This document shows, piece after piece, positions 37,824 through 49,843 of a stretch of DNA of 64,000 nt (its first letter is position 1; each line of letters opens with the position of its first letter). The notes under the pieces were generated by a model. It was not told where the DNA came from, ran no database searches, and saw nothing but the letters and a program-made list of their open reading frames with translations. Both the position numbers and the translations under genes were made by a program. The DNA is from Haliotis rubra (Eukaryota): the NCBI RefSeq assembly GCF_003918875.1, contig NW_025765914.1:310001-374000 (forward strand), read 5' to 3'.

Positions 37824-39372
37824 GTTCATTTAAAAACGACGGATATGTCCTTTTAGTGAAATGAAATAGATCATGGGACATTGTACCATAAATATTTTTA
37901 TGTTTTTCTCAGTGCTGTTTAAAGTCTAAAACTAAAATTCGCCCGTCACCCATTGCCTCGAGTATACAAACTAACATTTTTACAATGTGATAATACTGAC
38001 CATGGTACGAACATGAAAATACCTTCACACATATGTCATTATATAAGTGAAAACTCTTTGATAAATGTGACACATTGCAATGCACATTTCTAATGATGTA
38101 AAAATGAATGACGATAAGAACGCGTCAAAGTAGGCATGAAGGTACGTAGGTACTTTATTCAGCATGTTAAAAAGGACATGATTACTCATGATGTGTCAAT
38201 ATAGGTGCATCCCATGATAGATGATGCTTTGTTTCCTGCATAATGTCTGCCTAATCTATCTCGTTCCTGCTATAATGCTTGTACCCCTTTGTACACACAT
38301 CCTGGAAGAGGACGAACACTCCTGATTGAGACTGATGTTATAGAATACCGTCACACCTTAGTCATCAAGTGTACATGACTAGAAAATGCATTTCCTTGAT
38401 AAAAAAGACCATATGATGTATCCGTGTATGCAACGTCCATGCACCATACACGTATGTGTACGTGTGCGTGTGTGAGATTTGATGGATATCTGAGTGTTCA
38501 AACATGGATGGCATATCATACTGATTTCACAGCTGCCATTGCAAATAATTGTGATGACGTGTCACTTTATTCCCATAATCTGATACTTCTTCAACGATTC
38601 CTAGATTATCAAGAGTTAGCGAGGTTTCATTTGAAAAGTTTTCAAGAAAGTATTTCGTGGGATTTGTGTATGTTAACTGTCAGATTTTCAAGAAAGTATT
38701 TCGTGGGATTTGTGTATGTTAACTGCCAGATGGAGTGAGTTTGGTTACACTGTTTTGAACAGTATGGAGTGAGTTTGGTTGCACACTGTTTTGAACAGTA
38801 TCCCAGGTTTCATTTAAAAAGATTTTCAAGAAATGTTATTTCACACTGTTTTGAACAGTATCCCAGGTTTCATTTAAAAGATTTTCAAGTATTTGTGTTA
38901 ACTGCCAGATGGAGTGAGTTTGGTTGCACACTGTGAACAGTATCCCAGGTTTCATTTAAAAGATTTTCAAGAAAGTATTTCGTGGGACTGTTAACTTGGA
39001 GTGAGTTTGGTTGCACACTGTTTTGAACAGTATCCCAGGTTTCATTTAAAAGATTTTCAAGAAAGTATTTCGTGGGATTTGTGTATGTTAACTGCCAGAT
39101 GGAGTGAGTTTGGTTGCACACTGTTTTGAACAGTATCCCAGGTTTCATTTAAAAGATTTTCAAGAAAGTATTTCGTGGAATTTGTGTATGTTAACTGTCA
39201 GGTAGAGTGCGTGGTAAACACTGTTGAACAGTTTTTTAGGTATATCACGTCATGATATATGTTTGATATATGTTTGATATGTGTTTGACAATTGTATGTT
39301 TGATATATGTTTCAGTTTGTATATTTCCCGTGTGTCAATCCCGGGTTCTTCAGCATCTCCAGCCTGTTCTGA
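31006..39372 (+). CDS. Secreted stand-alone Pif/BMSP-type laminin G (concanavalin A-like) domain protein, ~232 aa
   Basis: Exons 31006-31087 (signal peptide MNARFTKTWLKAVLFHTLIGIWLFPVKG), 35453-35829 (CEESCRF...AHFDGSSFLSLPMF...ILSNGC), 36659-36752, 37167-37255 (CPLQIGAG...YVGEFDE) and 39316-39372 (FVYFPC...*). Phases 1,0,1,0 are continuous; AATAAA at about 39602 and 39726. Confidence 0.8.
33500..34025. mobile_element. Foldback-type MITE with ~175-bp inverted arms
   Basis: 33500-33674 is the reverse complement, with substitutions, of 33852-34025. Ends are TATAGTCTG...CAGACTATA. Confidence 0.85.
35975..36137 (+). mobile_element. SINE family B, near full-length copy
   Basis: GGGGCGATGGGGTAGCCTACTGG...GGTTCGATTCCCC...ATATTGCTAAAAGCAGCGTGAAACCATACTCACTCAC. 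Confidence 0.85.
38625..39200 (+). repeat. ~103-bp tandem repeat with deletion variants in the last intron of the LamG-only gene
   Basis: GATTTTCAAGAAAGTATTTCGTGG at 39052 and 39155, with partial copies upstream. Confidence 0.85.
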
Positions 39373-39870
39373 TGTCAGGTGCCACATAACCCAAACACGA
39401 CCTAAGCATACAGGGGCGTGTACTGCACGCCGGTCGTGCCCTTCGTATTGAACTGTTGATATATGTCTTGCCATGATAATACAAAATATCCCAGTGTACG
39501 ATTCGCAACGAAGAGTCCTTTTCCACCATCAAATTATTGTTTTTACTTTTCATAACTCAAAAAGGAGAACTGATGTTAGCATCATTGTCAACATATTGCT
39601 CAATAAAATGTCATTTTCTAATGTTTTATATTGAATGGTTTCTCTCTGCCGATCGTGTGTTAACAAGTTACATTATGATGATGGTTTGGATGGTTTGGTG
39701 TGCAGTTGGGGTTGGGGTGAAATGGAATAAATGTTATTACTGTGTGCTAAGCTTTCGTCATACACTACAGAACATCTGCTGTATTCTGTAGTATGTACCT
39801 CTCACACACTACAAGTCGTATTTATGTAGGGTAATGGTATGATATGGACAATCACTAACTGCTCATGGTC

Positions 39871-42800
39871 ACTACAGGTCCTGCACTGTATCTGGCGAGA
39901 TACGGACTGATAGTAACTAGTATATACTACAGATCCTGCACTGTATCTGGCGAGATACGGACTGATAGTAACTAGTATATACTACAGGTCCTGCACTGTA
40001 TCTGGCGAGATACGGACTGATAGTAACTCATATATACTACAGATCCTGCACTGTATCTGGCGAGATACGGACTGATAGTAACTAGTATATACTACAGATC
40101 CTGCACTGTATCTGGCGAGATACGGACTGATAGTAACTAGTATATACTACCGGTCCTGATCCTGCACTGTATCTGGCGAGATACAGACTGATAGTAACTA
40201 GTATATACTACAGATCCTGCACTGTATCTGGCGAGATACAGACTGATAGTAACTAGTATATACTACAGATCCGTCACTGTATCTGGCGATATACAGACTG
40301 ATAGTAACTAGTATATACTACAGGTCCTGCACTGTATCTGGCGAGATACGGACTGATAGTAACTAGTATATACTACAGATCCGTCACTGTATCTGGCGAG
40401 ATACAGACTGATAGTAACTAGTATATACTACAGATCCGTCACTGTATCTGGCGAGATACGGACTGATAGTAACTAGTATATACTACAGATCCGTCACTGT
40501 ATCTGGCGAGATACAGACTGATAGTAACTCATATATACTACAGATCCGTCACTGTATCTGGCGAGATACAGACTGATAGTAACTCATATATACTACGGAT
40601 CCGTCACTGTATCTGGCGAGATACAGACTGATAGTAACTCATATATACTACAGATCCGTCACTGTATCTGGCGAGATACAGACTGATAGTAACTAGTATA
40701 TACTACAGATCCTGCACTGTATCTGGCGAGATACGGACTGATAGTAACTAGTATATACTACAGATCCTGCACTGTATCTGGCGAGATACAGACTGATAGT
40801 AACTCATATATACTACAGATCCGTCACTGTATCTGGCGAGATACAGACTGATAGTAACTAGTATATACTACAGATCCGTCACTGTATCTGGCGAGATACA
40901 GACTGATAGTAACTAGTATATACTACAGATCCTGCACTGTATCTGGCGAGATACGGACTGATAGTAACTAGTATATACTACAGATCCTGCACTGTATCTG
41001 GCGAGATACGGACTGATAGTAACTAGTATATACTACAGATTCTGCACTGTATCTGGCGAGATACAGACTGATAGTAACTAGTATATACTACAGATCCTGC
41101 ACTGTATCTGGCGAGATACGGACTGATAGTAACTAGTACATACTACAGATCCGTCACTGTATCTGGCGAGATACAGACTGATAGTAACTAGTATATACTA
41201 CAGATTCTGCACTGTATCTGGCGAGATACAGACTGATAGTAACTAGTATATACTACACATCCTTCACTGTATCTGGCGAGATACAGACTGATAGTAACAA
41301 GTATATACTACAGATCCTGCACTGTATCTGGCGAGATACAGACTGATAGTAACTAGTATATACTACAGGTCCAGCACTGTATCTGGCGAGATACAGACTG
41401 ATAGTAACTAGTATATACTACAGATCCTGCACTGTATCTGGCGAGATACAGACTGATAGTAACTAGTATATACTACAGATCCGTCACTGTATCTGGCGAG
41501 ATACGGACTGATAGTAACTAGTATATACTACAGATCCTGCACTGTATCTGGCGAGATACAGACTGATAGTAACTCATATATACTACAGATCCGTCACTGT
41601 ATCTGGCGAGATACAGACTGATAGTAACTAGTATATACTACAGATCCGTCACTGTATCTGGCGAGATACAGACTGATAGTAACTAGTATATACTACAGAT
41701 CCTGCACTGTATCTGGCGAGATACGGACTGATAGTAACTAGTATATACTACAGATCCTGCACTGTATCTGGCGAGATACAGACTGATAGTAACTAGTATA
41801 TACTACAGATCCTGCACTGTATCTGGCGAGATACGGACTGATAGTAACTAGTACATACTACAGATCCGTCACTGTATCTGGCGAGATACAGACTGATAGT
41901 AACTAGTATATACTACAGATTCTGCACTGTATCTGGCGAGATACAGACTGATAGTAACTAGTATATACTACAGATCCTGCACTGTATCTGGCGAGATACG
42001 GACTGATAGTAACTAGTACATACTACAGATCCGTCACTGTATCTGGCGAGATACAGACTGATAGTAACTAGTACATACTACAGGTCCTGCACTGTATCTG
42101 GCGAGATACGGACTGATAGTAACTAGTACATACTACAGGTCCAGCACTGTATCTGGCGAGATACAGACTGATAGTAACTAGTATATACTACAGGTCCAGC
42201 ACTGTATCTGGCGAGATACAGACTGATAGTAACTAGTATATACTACAGATCCTGCACTGTATCTGGCGAGATACAGACTGATAGTAACTAGTATATACTA
42301 CAGATCCGTCACTGTATCTGGCGAGATACGGACTGATAGTAACTAGTATATACTACAGATCCGTCACTGTATCTGGCGAGATACAGACTGATAGTAACTA
42401 GTATATACTACAGATCCGTCACTGTATCTGGCGAGATACAGACTGATAGTAACTAGTATATACTACAGATCCTGCACTGTATCTGGCGAGATACGGACTG
42501 ATAGTAACTAGTATATACTACAGATCCTGCACTGTATCTGGCGAGATACAGACTGATAGTAACTAGTATATACTACAGATCCGTCACTGTATCTGGCGAG
42601 ATACAGACTGATAGTAACTAGTATATACTACAGATCCTGCACTGTATCTGGCGAGATACGGACTGATAGTAACTAGTATATACTACAGATCCTGCACTGT
42701 ATCTGGCGAGATACAGACTGATAGTAACTAGTATATACTACAGATCCGTCACTGTATCTGGCGAGATACGGACTGATAGTAACTAGTATATACTACAGAT

Positions 42801-43410
42801 CCGTCACTGTATCTGGCGAGATACAGACTGATAGTAACTAGTATATACTACAGATTCTGCACTGTATCTGGCGAGATACGGACTGATAGTAACTAGTATA
42901 TACTACAGATCCTGCACTGTATCTGGCGAGATACAGACTGATAGTAACTAGTATATACTACAGATCCTGCACTGTATCTGGCGAGATACAGACTGATAGT
43001 AACTAGTATATACTACAGGTCCTGCACTGTATCTGGCGAGATACGGACTGATAGTAACTAGTATATACTACAGATCCGTCACTGTATCTGGCGAGATACA
43101 GACTGATAGTAACTAGTATATACTACAGATTCTGCACTGTATCTGGCGAGATACAGACTGATAGTAACTCATATATACTACAGATCCGTCACTGTATCTG
43201 GCGAGATACAGACTGATAGTAACTAGTATATACTACAGGTCCTGCACTGTATCTGGCGATATACAGACTGATAGTAACTAGTATATACTATAGATCCTTC
43301 ACTGTATCTGGCGAGATACGGACTGATAGTAACTAGTATATACTACATATCCTGCACTGTATCTGGCGAGATACGGACTGATAGTAACTAGTATATACTA
43401 CAGATCCTGC
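39871..43410 (+). repeat. 55-bp satellite, ~64 highly similar copies
   Basis: ACTACAGATCCTGCACTGTATCTGGCGAGATACAGACTGATAGTAACTAGTATAT, period 55 (39871, 39926...). Confidence 0.97.
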
Positions 43411-44379
43411 AAAGTGCTATACATGATCAAACGAGGTATTTACCGTAAGAGACTCTCTGTACCAATGCCCATGCACTGTGGTTTACAGTTCACGACTATG
43501 TAATAACGGTCATATACAACAGATCCTGCACTGTGTACCAAGTATCCTTGCACTATGTTTTAGAGCTCACGACTAAGTAATAACTTTTATGTACAACACA
43601 TCCTATGTACCAAGTACCATAGCAGATAACTGTTATACGCTACAGATATTAGACTGTGACCTACACCCAATGGATACAGACATAGATGCCTTGAATATTT
43701 ACCGCTGTATTCATATCAATTAGATTCCTGACTTTGATCTGTAGAATACATCAAATTTATTCCTCCGTCGTGTTCTCTATTTCGTTTGATTACAGTTGAA
43801 TGAAACAACATCTCTTCTGAAATACTTGTATGAGGATGTTTAGCAGGTGACCACTTCTCCTCATGACTTTTCAGCCCCCCACTGATATTTCACCTCATGT
43901 GTGGGCAAGTTTATGTTCAATTAAACTATAATTATTCTGCAATTATAAGATTACCTTTCAATACATCTGCATCAAGACTTCTACTCGAGATTAAGGTCGG
44001 GATTCACGGTTTGCATGAACAACTTATTGAGCATAATACTCATTGGCGTGTTTATTAAAATGTGAATAGCACAGAAACACTATTTGGCAATCAGATGCTC
44101 ATAAAAAAAGGCGTATTTAACCAAAAATAACGCGTTGGTAATGCCATGACTTGGTCGTAATTATGCTAAGAGTAGGAATGTTGCTTAAAAACGTTGACAG
44201 GCATTTTAATGTTAATCGAAAAAACAAAATTACCCCTTACAAACGTTAAATACAGGAGGGCCACACTCTTCACTTGTCAACCAAGACAACCATATTCGGT
44301 TAGTGCTTCTACGGAATCGATTCTAAACTGCCACATTAAAAGCTCTGACAATTCCTGGGTTGAGACTAAATAGTTGTAG

Positions 44380-44660
44380 AACCGTACGAAACCTGTTGAA
44401 GGAGAACAAAATCCGGCCCCGACCTGATGCCTAATTCTGCTTCCACATCACCGTTAGGCACGCCTCGCTTGGTGAATACAGCATGTTCTTCATAAGATAC
44501 GACTAGGACAGTATACTGTACACAGATGAATCCAGGGTCCATCTGAACAGCTCCGATGGTCATGCAAAGATCTACAAGCGCCCAAGAGAATGTATTAGCG
44601 ACACTTGGATTGCTCCACGTGGTCAGTTCGGGGTGGACGTGTAATGCACCCAAACACATC
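44380..44660 (+). pseudogene. Degraded Tc1-like transposase fragment
   Basis: RNLLKENKIRPR, R*ARLAW, ILYTDESRVHLNSSDGHAKIYKRPRE and FGGGRVM align in order to the Tc1 at 26539-27552. Confidence 0.7.
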
Positions 44661-44880
44661 TCACCATTGTTAATAGGCTAGCAATTTAAATATAATAGTT
44701 CGAAATGATTTTCAACCCTTTTGGCACACAACTGAAAATTGGCCTCCAACACATTGCATAGTTTGGGGTAGCAACAATACTGTGTACTGCTATTGATGGC
44801 TGTTTCTCAAGACCTCTTCAGGTCTTCAAGCAAGTTACATTTACTTCAGTTATTGACCACCAATGGGGTCTGAAGCCCTG

Positions 44881-45245
44881 GGCCGAGAGTTTCGAATCTG
44901 TCTCAGAGCTAAGATAGTCATAAGTTAATGTTAATGTATGGCACTTACGATCATCTTAGCGCTAAGAGAGGTTCGAAAATCTAGGCCCAGGGCCCACTTG
45001 CAGAGAGCAATCTTAGTTACAATCAATCTTAGGGCCTTACAATCAACTTTACAATCACCATATAATTGCCCTAATCCATCTGCACAAAGCCGATCTTAGC
45101 GCGATTGTAAGACGGCATGGATTTAAGATTGGGCCCAGGGCCCCGTTCCTCAAAGCGATCGTAGCGCTACGACTGTCGTAAGTCTATGTTAAAGTATGGG
45201 AGTTACGATCATCTTAGCGCTACGATCGCTTTGAGGAACAGGGCC
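44881..45245. mobile_element. Three abutting GGCC-terminal MITEs (PIF/Harbinger-like) separated by CWG
   Basis: CTG|44881-44987|CAG|44991-45135|CAG|45139-45245|CTG. The third has a ~30-bp TIR, GGCCCCGTTCCTCAAAGCGATCGTAGCGCTA. Confidence 0.75.
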
Positions 45246-46052
45246 CTGGTCATTTACGACGTATCAGGAAGTACAATTCATATTACACACATTTGTTTAT
45301 CATGATTGTCGTTTAGTTCATAAATATTTTAGCATCTAACGAATATTACTTTATGTTCAAAGATGATAATTCTAAACTAAGTGAACTAAGGCACATAAGA
45401 TTCACCTGGCAGAACATAGTTTTAGAAAAAAAACCAACCTGCCTAAAGGTGTATAATTTTTAAAAACTTGGAAAGCACATACATCAGTTGATTGAAGAGG
45501 AATATTGTCATCGACTGCATACTTTAAACGTCGCTTGCTCATTTTAACGACACTTGTCCTCAGCCAAATGTTACATATTTTTTATACAATGGTCTAAGAG
45601 ACAAGCAATATCATGTATATGCGATCTTTTCTGACTGAAATGCAAAATATCTCTTAATCAAATATCATTGAAGAGTATGCGTCATAAATTCGTTTATAAC
45701 ATTAGGAAATCGTTTATAACATTAGGAAATCGTTTATAACATTAGGAAATATTCAAACACATTATATGAATGTATCTTAATAATTTTACTATTTGCTATG
45801 AATAAAAGTATTGAAGTTTTGGAAATTGTTCAATTTCTAGAAAGAACGAACATATCTGAGTCGGTATTGGACGGTGACATCAGCGGCACTACCATCTCGG
45901 TAAAAGACCATCGTAATGCGTATAGAAAGGAAAATAGGTGTCTCCTCATCACAATGGTGGCACGAGATAACACTGAGCCTAAAACAACTGTTTTATAAAA
46001 CATAAACGGTTAGCGAAATGTATATACCATTAGGTATTTCATTGGATTTGAA

Positions 46053-46257
46053 GGTGCGGCGGGGTAGCCTGGTTGTCAAAGCGCTCATCACGTCGAACAC
46101 CCTGGTTCGATTCCCCATATGGGTACAATGTGTGAAGCCCATTCCTGTTGTCCCCCGCAGTGATATTGCTTGAACATTGCTAAAAGCGGCGTAAAACCAT
46201 ACTCACTCACCTACTTTACTTTCATGTATAGTAGAGATGTATATAGTTATATTTAGA
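46053..46257 (+). mobile_element. SINE family B copy with a 3' flank shared with the copy at 55731-55938
   Basis: About 98 bp are identical between 46160-46257 and 55841-55938. Confidence 0.8.
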
Positions 46258-47039
46258 TCTCACTCACTCACACATTGGATATGATATCTAAATTATTTGT
46301 CATCTTTTGAAGTCAATGACACGTATAATGTATAATATTTCACTTTCGACTTTTTAGAGTGACATGTTGCATATTGCAGTTGATGTAAAGCTTTGCTGAT
46401 TCACATGAGAGTTGATTGATTCAGTCAAGTGAGATTTCTTCATATATGTTAACACTGTCACGCCTTTGTGTGGCCCGAGGTGTACAGCTGTCAACGACCC
46501 ATTGCCTGTCTATACCAGGACCTGACCTCAACATGGGTTGCTGTCTCACATGCATGCAATCTCTCACCTGGCAACACGAGATCAAAACAATCATTCACAT
46601 TAATAAATCTCAGATATAGTTTTTGATTCTCGATAGATGCAGATGCCTAGAAAAACAGAACCGTGATTTTAGTTCAAATTCAGTGTTTAGAAAAATTGAA
46701 AAACACGTGAGCGATGACCAAGTTAATCTTTCTGACAGGTATTTTTAAAACAAACATGGCTCTCATAAATCACGTACTTCCCTGTCATGGTGAAATGTAT
46801 CTTAAGGTGGAGTGTGTATTCACACAGTGAAGAATGAGTGAGTGAGTGAGTGTGTGAGTGTGGTTTTACGCCGCTTTTAGCAATATTCCAACAATATTAC
46901 GGCTGGGAACGCCAGAAATGGGCTTCTCACATTGTACCCATGTAGGCAATCGAACCCGGGTCTTCGGCATGACGAGCGAACGCTTTAACTGCTAGGCTAC
47001 CCATCCGCCTTCAAACAGTGAAGAGCCAGCGCAAGGTAT

Positions 47040-48963
47040 TACGTTATATAACCATATCTATGAGTTACGTGGTATAACCATATCCATGAGTTACGTGGTA
47101 TAACCATAGCCGTGAGTTACGTGGTGTTACCATATCCGTGAGTTACGTGGTATAACCATATCCCTGAGTTACGTGGTATAACCATACCCATGACTTACAT
47201 GATATAACCATATCCATGAGTTACGTGGTATAACCATATCTGTGAGTTACGTGATATAAGCATATCCGTGAGTTACATGGTATAACCATATCCGTGACTT
47301 AACGTGGTATAACCATATCCATGAGTTACGTGGTATAACCATATCCATGAGTTACGTGGTATAGCCATATCCGTGAGCTAGGTGGTATAACCATATCCTG
47401 GAGTTACATGGCATAGCCATATCCGTGGTTACGTGGTATAACCATATCCAAGAGTTACATGATATAACCATATCCGTGACTAAACTTGATATAACCATAG
47501 CCACGAGCTACATGATATAAGCATATCCATGAGTTACGTGGTATAGCCATTGCCGTGAGTTACGTGGTATAACCATATCCATGAGTTATGTGATATAACC
47601 ATATCCATGAGTTACGTGGTATAGCCATAGCCGTGAGTTACGTGGTATAACCATATCCGTGAGTTACGTGATATATCCATATGCGTGAGTTACGTAAGAT
47701 AACTATATCCGTGAGTTACGTGATATAAGCATATCCGTGAGTTACGTGATATAATCATATCCGTGAGTTACATGGTATAGCCATATCCCTGAGTTACATG
47801 ATATAACCATATCCGTGAGTTACGTGGTATAACCATATCCTTGAGTTACGTGGCCTGGCCATATCCGTGGTTACGTGGTATAACCATATCCAAGAGTTAC
47901 ATGATATAACCATATCCGTGACTTAACGTGGTATAACCATATCCAAGAGTTACATGATATAACCATATCCATGAGTTACGTGGTATAGCCATAGCCGTGA
48001 GTTACGTGGTATAACCATATCCATGAGTTACGTGATATAACCATATCCGTGAGTTACGTGGTATAACCATATCCGTGAGTTACGTGATATAACCATATCC
48101 GTGAGTTACGTGATATAACCATATCCATGAGTTACATGATATAACCATATCCGTGAGTTACGTGGTATAACCATATCCGTGAGTTACGTGATATAACCAT
48201 ATCCGTGAGTTACGTGGTATAGCCATATCCGTGAGTTACATGATATAACCATATCCGTGAGTTACGTGGTATAACCATATCCATGAGTTACGTGGCCTGA
48301 TATAACCATATCCGTGAGTTACGTGGTATAACCATATCCAAGAGTTACATGATATAACCATATCCGTGACTTAACGTGGTATAACCATATCCAAGAGTTA
48401 CATGATATAACCATATCCGTGACTTAACGTGATATAACCATATCCGTGACTTAACGTGATATAACCATATCCGTGAGTTACGTGGTATAGCCATATCCTT
48501 GAGTTACATGATATAACCATATCTGTGAGTTACGTGGTATAACCATATCCTTGAGTTACGTGGCCTGGCCATATCCGTGGTTACGTGGTATAACCATATC
48601 CAAGAGTTACATGATATAACCATATCCGTGAGTTAACGTGGTATAACCATATCCGTGAGTTACGTGATATAACCATATCCGTGAGTTACGTGATATAACC
48701 ATATCCATGAGTTACATGATATAACCATATCCGTGACTTTACGTGGTATAACCATATCCGTGAGTTACGTGGTGTTACCATATCCGTGAGTTACGTGGTA
48801 TAACCATATCCCTGAGTTACGTGGTATAACCATATCCATGACTTACATGATATAACCATATCCATGAGTTACGTGGTATAACCATATCTGTGAGTTACGT
48901 GATATAATCATATCCGTGAGTTTCGTGATATAACCATATCCGTGAGTTACGTGATATAACCAT
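47040..48963 (+). repeat. 26-bp minisatellite, ~74 copies
   Basis: Consensus CCATATCCGTGAGTTACGTGGTATAA. Confidence 0.96.
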
Positions 48964-49843
48964 CATGTCAACATTTTTAAACGTTAGATTACCACACGTT
49001 TTGCTGTTATACCTCAATAAAATTCAGATGAAACATATATATCGCAAAATATCACATATATCACAAAACAAGAATTCTACTCACTTCTGTTTCTTATAAC
49101 ACTTTTCATTAAAATCCATTTTTCAAATTTGACGATTGCGGAGGGACATCAAATATGGTGACAACCACGTCAAAACGTCATTGCCAGAGAATGATCAGTC
49201 CCTTATCTACCGAAAAATAGTAATGGGGGCATAAAGAGAAACGCGGACAGCACAATTTGGGTAAAAGGTTTAATTTGTTTCCTTGCGTCACCCCGCAGAA
49301 CTGCTGTCATTCGACAGTGGCCTGATGAAAGGGCATGATAATGAGCTTCTCTTCCAGTGAGTATTTATTCATAATTCGTAAGCACATTTTTAAATAACGT
49401 TCAATGTCATTCGACAATCCTATCCCGCCTCCAGATCACATGACGTGACGTCACCATGTGGTCGCTGCCTGATCCAATTATAATCTCCCCTGACAAACAT
49501 TATTGTCTGTAGTATATAGACATATCATATATATATAGACAACTGTCAACCGTCATGGGTTGCAAGGTGATCCATTAGCGGCAGTTCAGTTGTGCAGTAC
49601 ATGTCGTTGCAATACCTCCTGGACGATAATCTCACCAGTGACTGGGATCAATCACGAATCTGACGAGTATTGTCAAGTTGTTCAGAATTGCGGTTCTGAG
49701 ATATGATTTATAGCACACAGAATTAACTTTGATGCTAAGTGTGCCTTTAACTGTGTCACGTGATTGATTCAAGGTATAGTGCAGTACAGAGTTGGAGCGG
49801 CAGGTGAACACATCTCCCGGAGACGTACGGCGATCCCTCCAAC

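Noticed and set aside
39871-43410. CRISPR-like array (regular palindromic repeats)
   Set aside because: No unique spacers, no cas genes and a eukaryotic context; it is a head-to-tail satellite.
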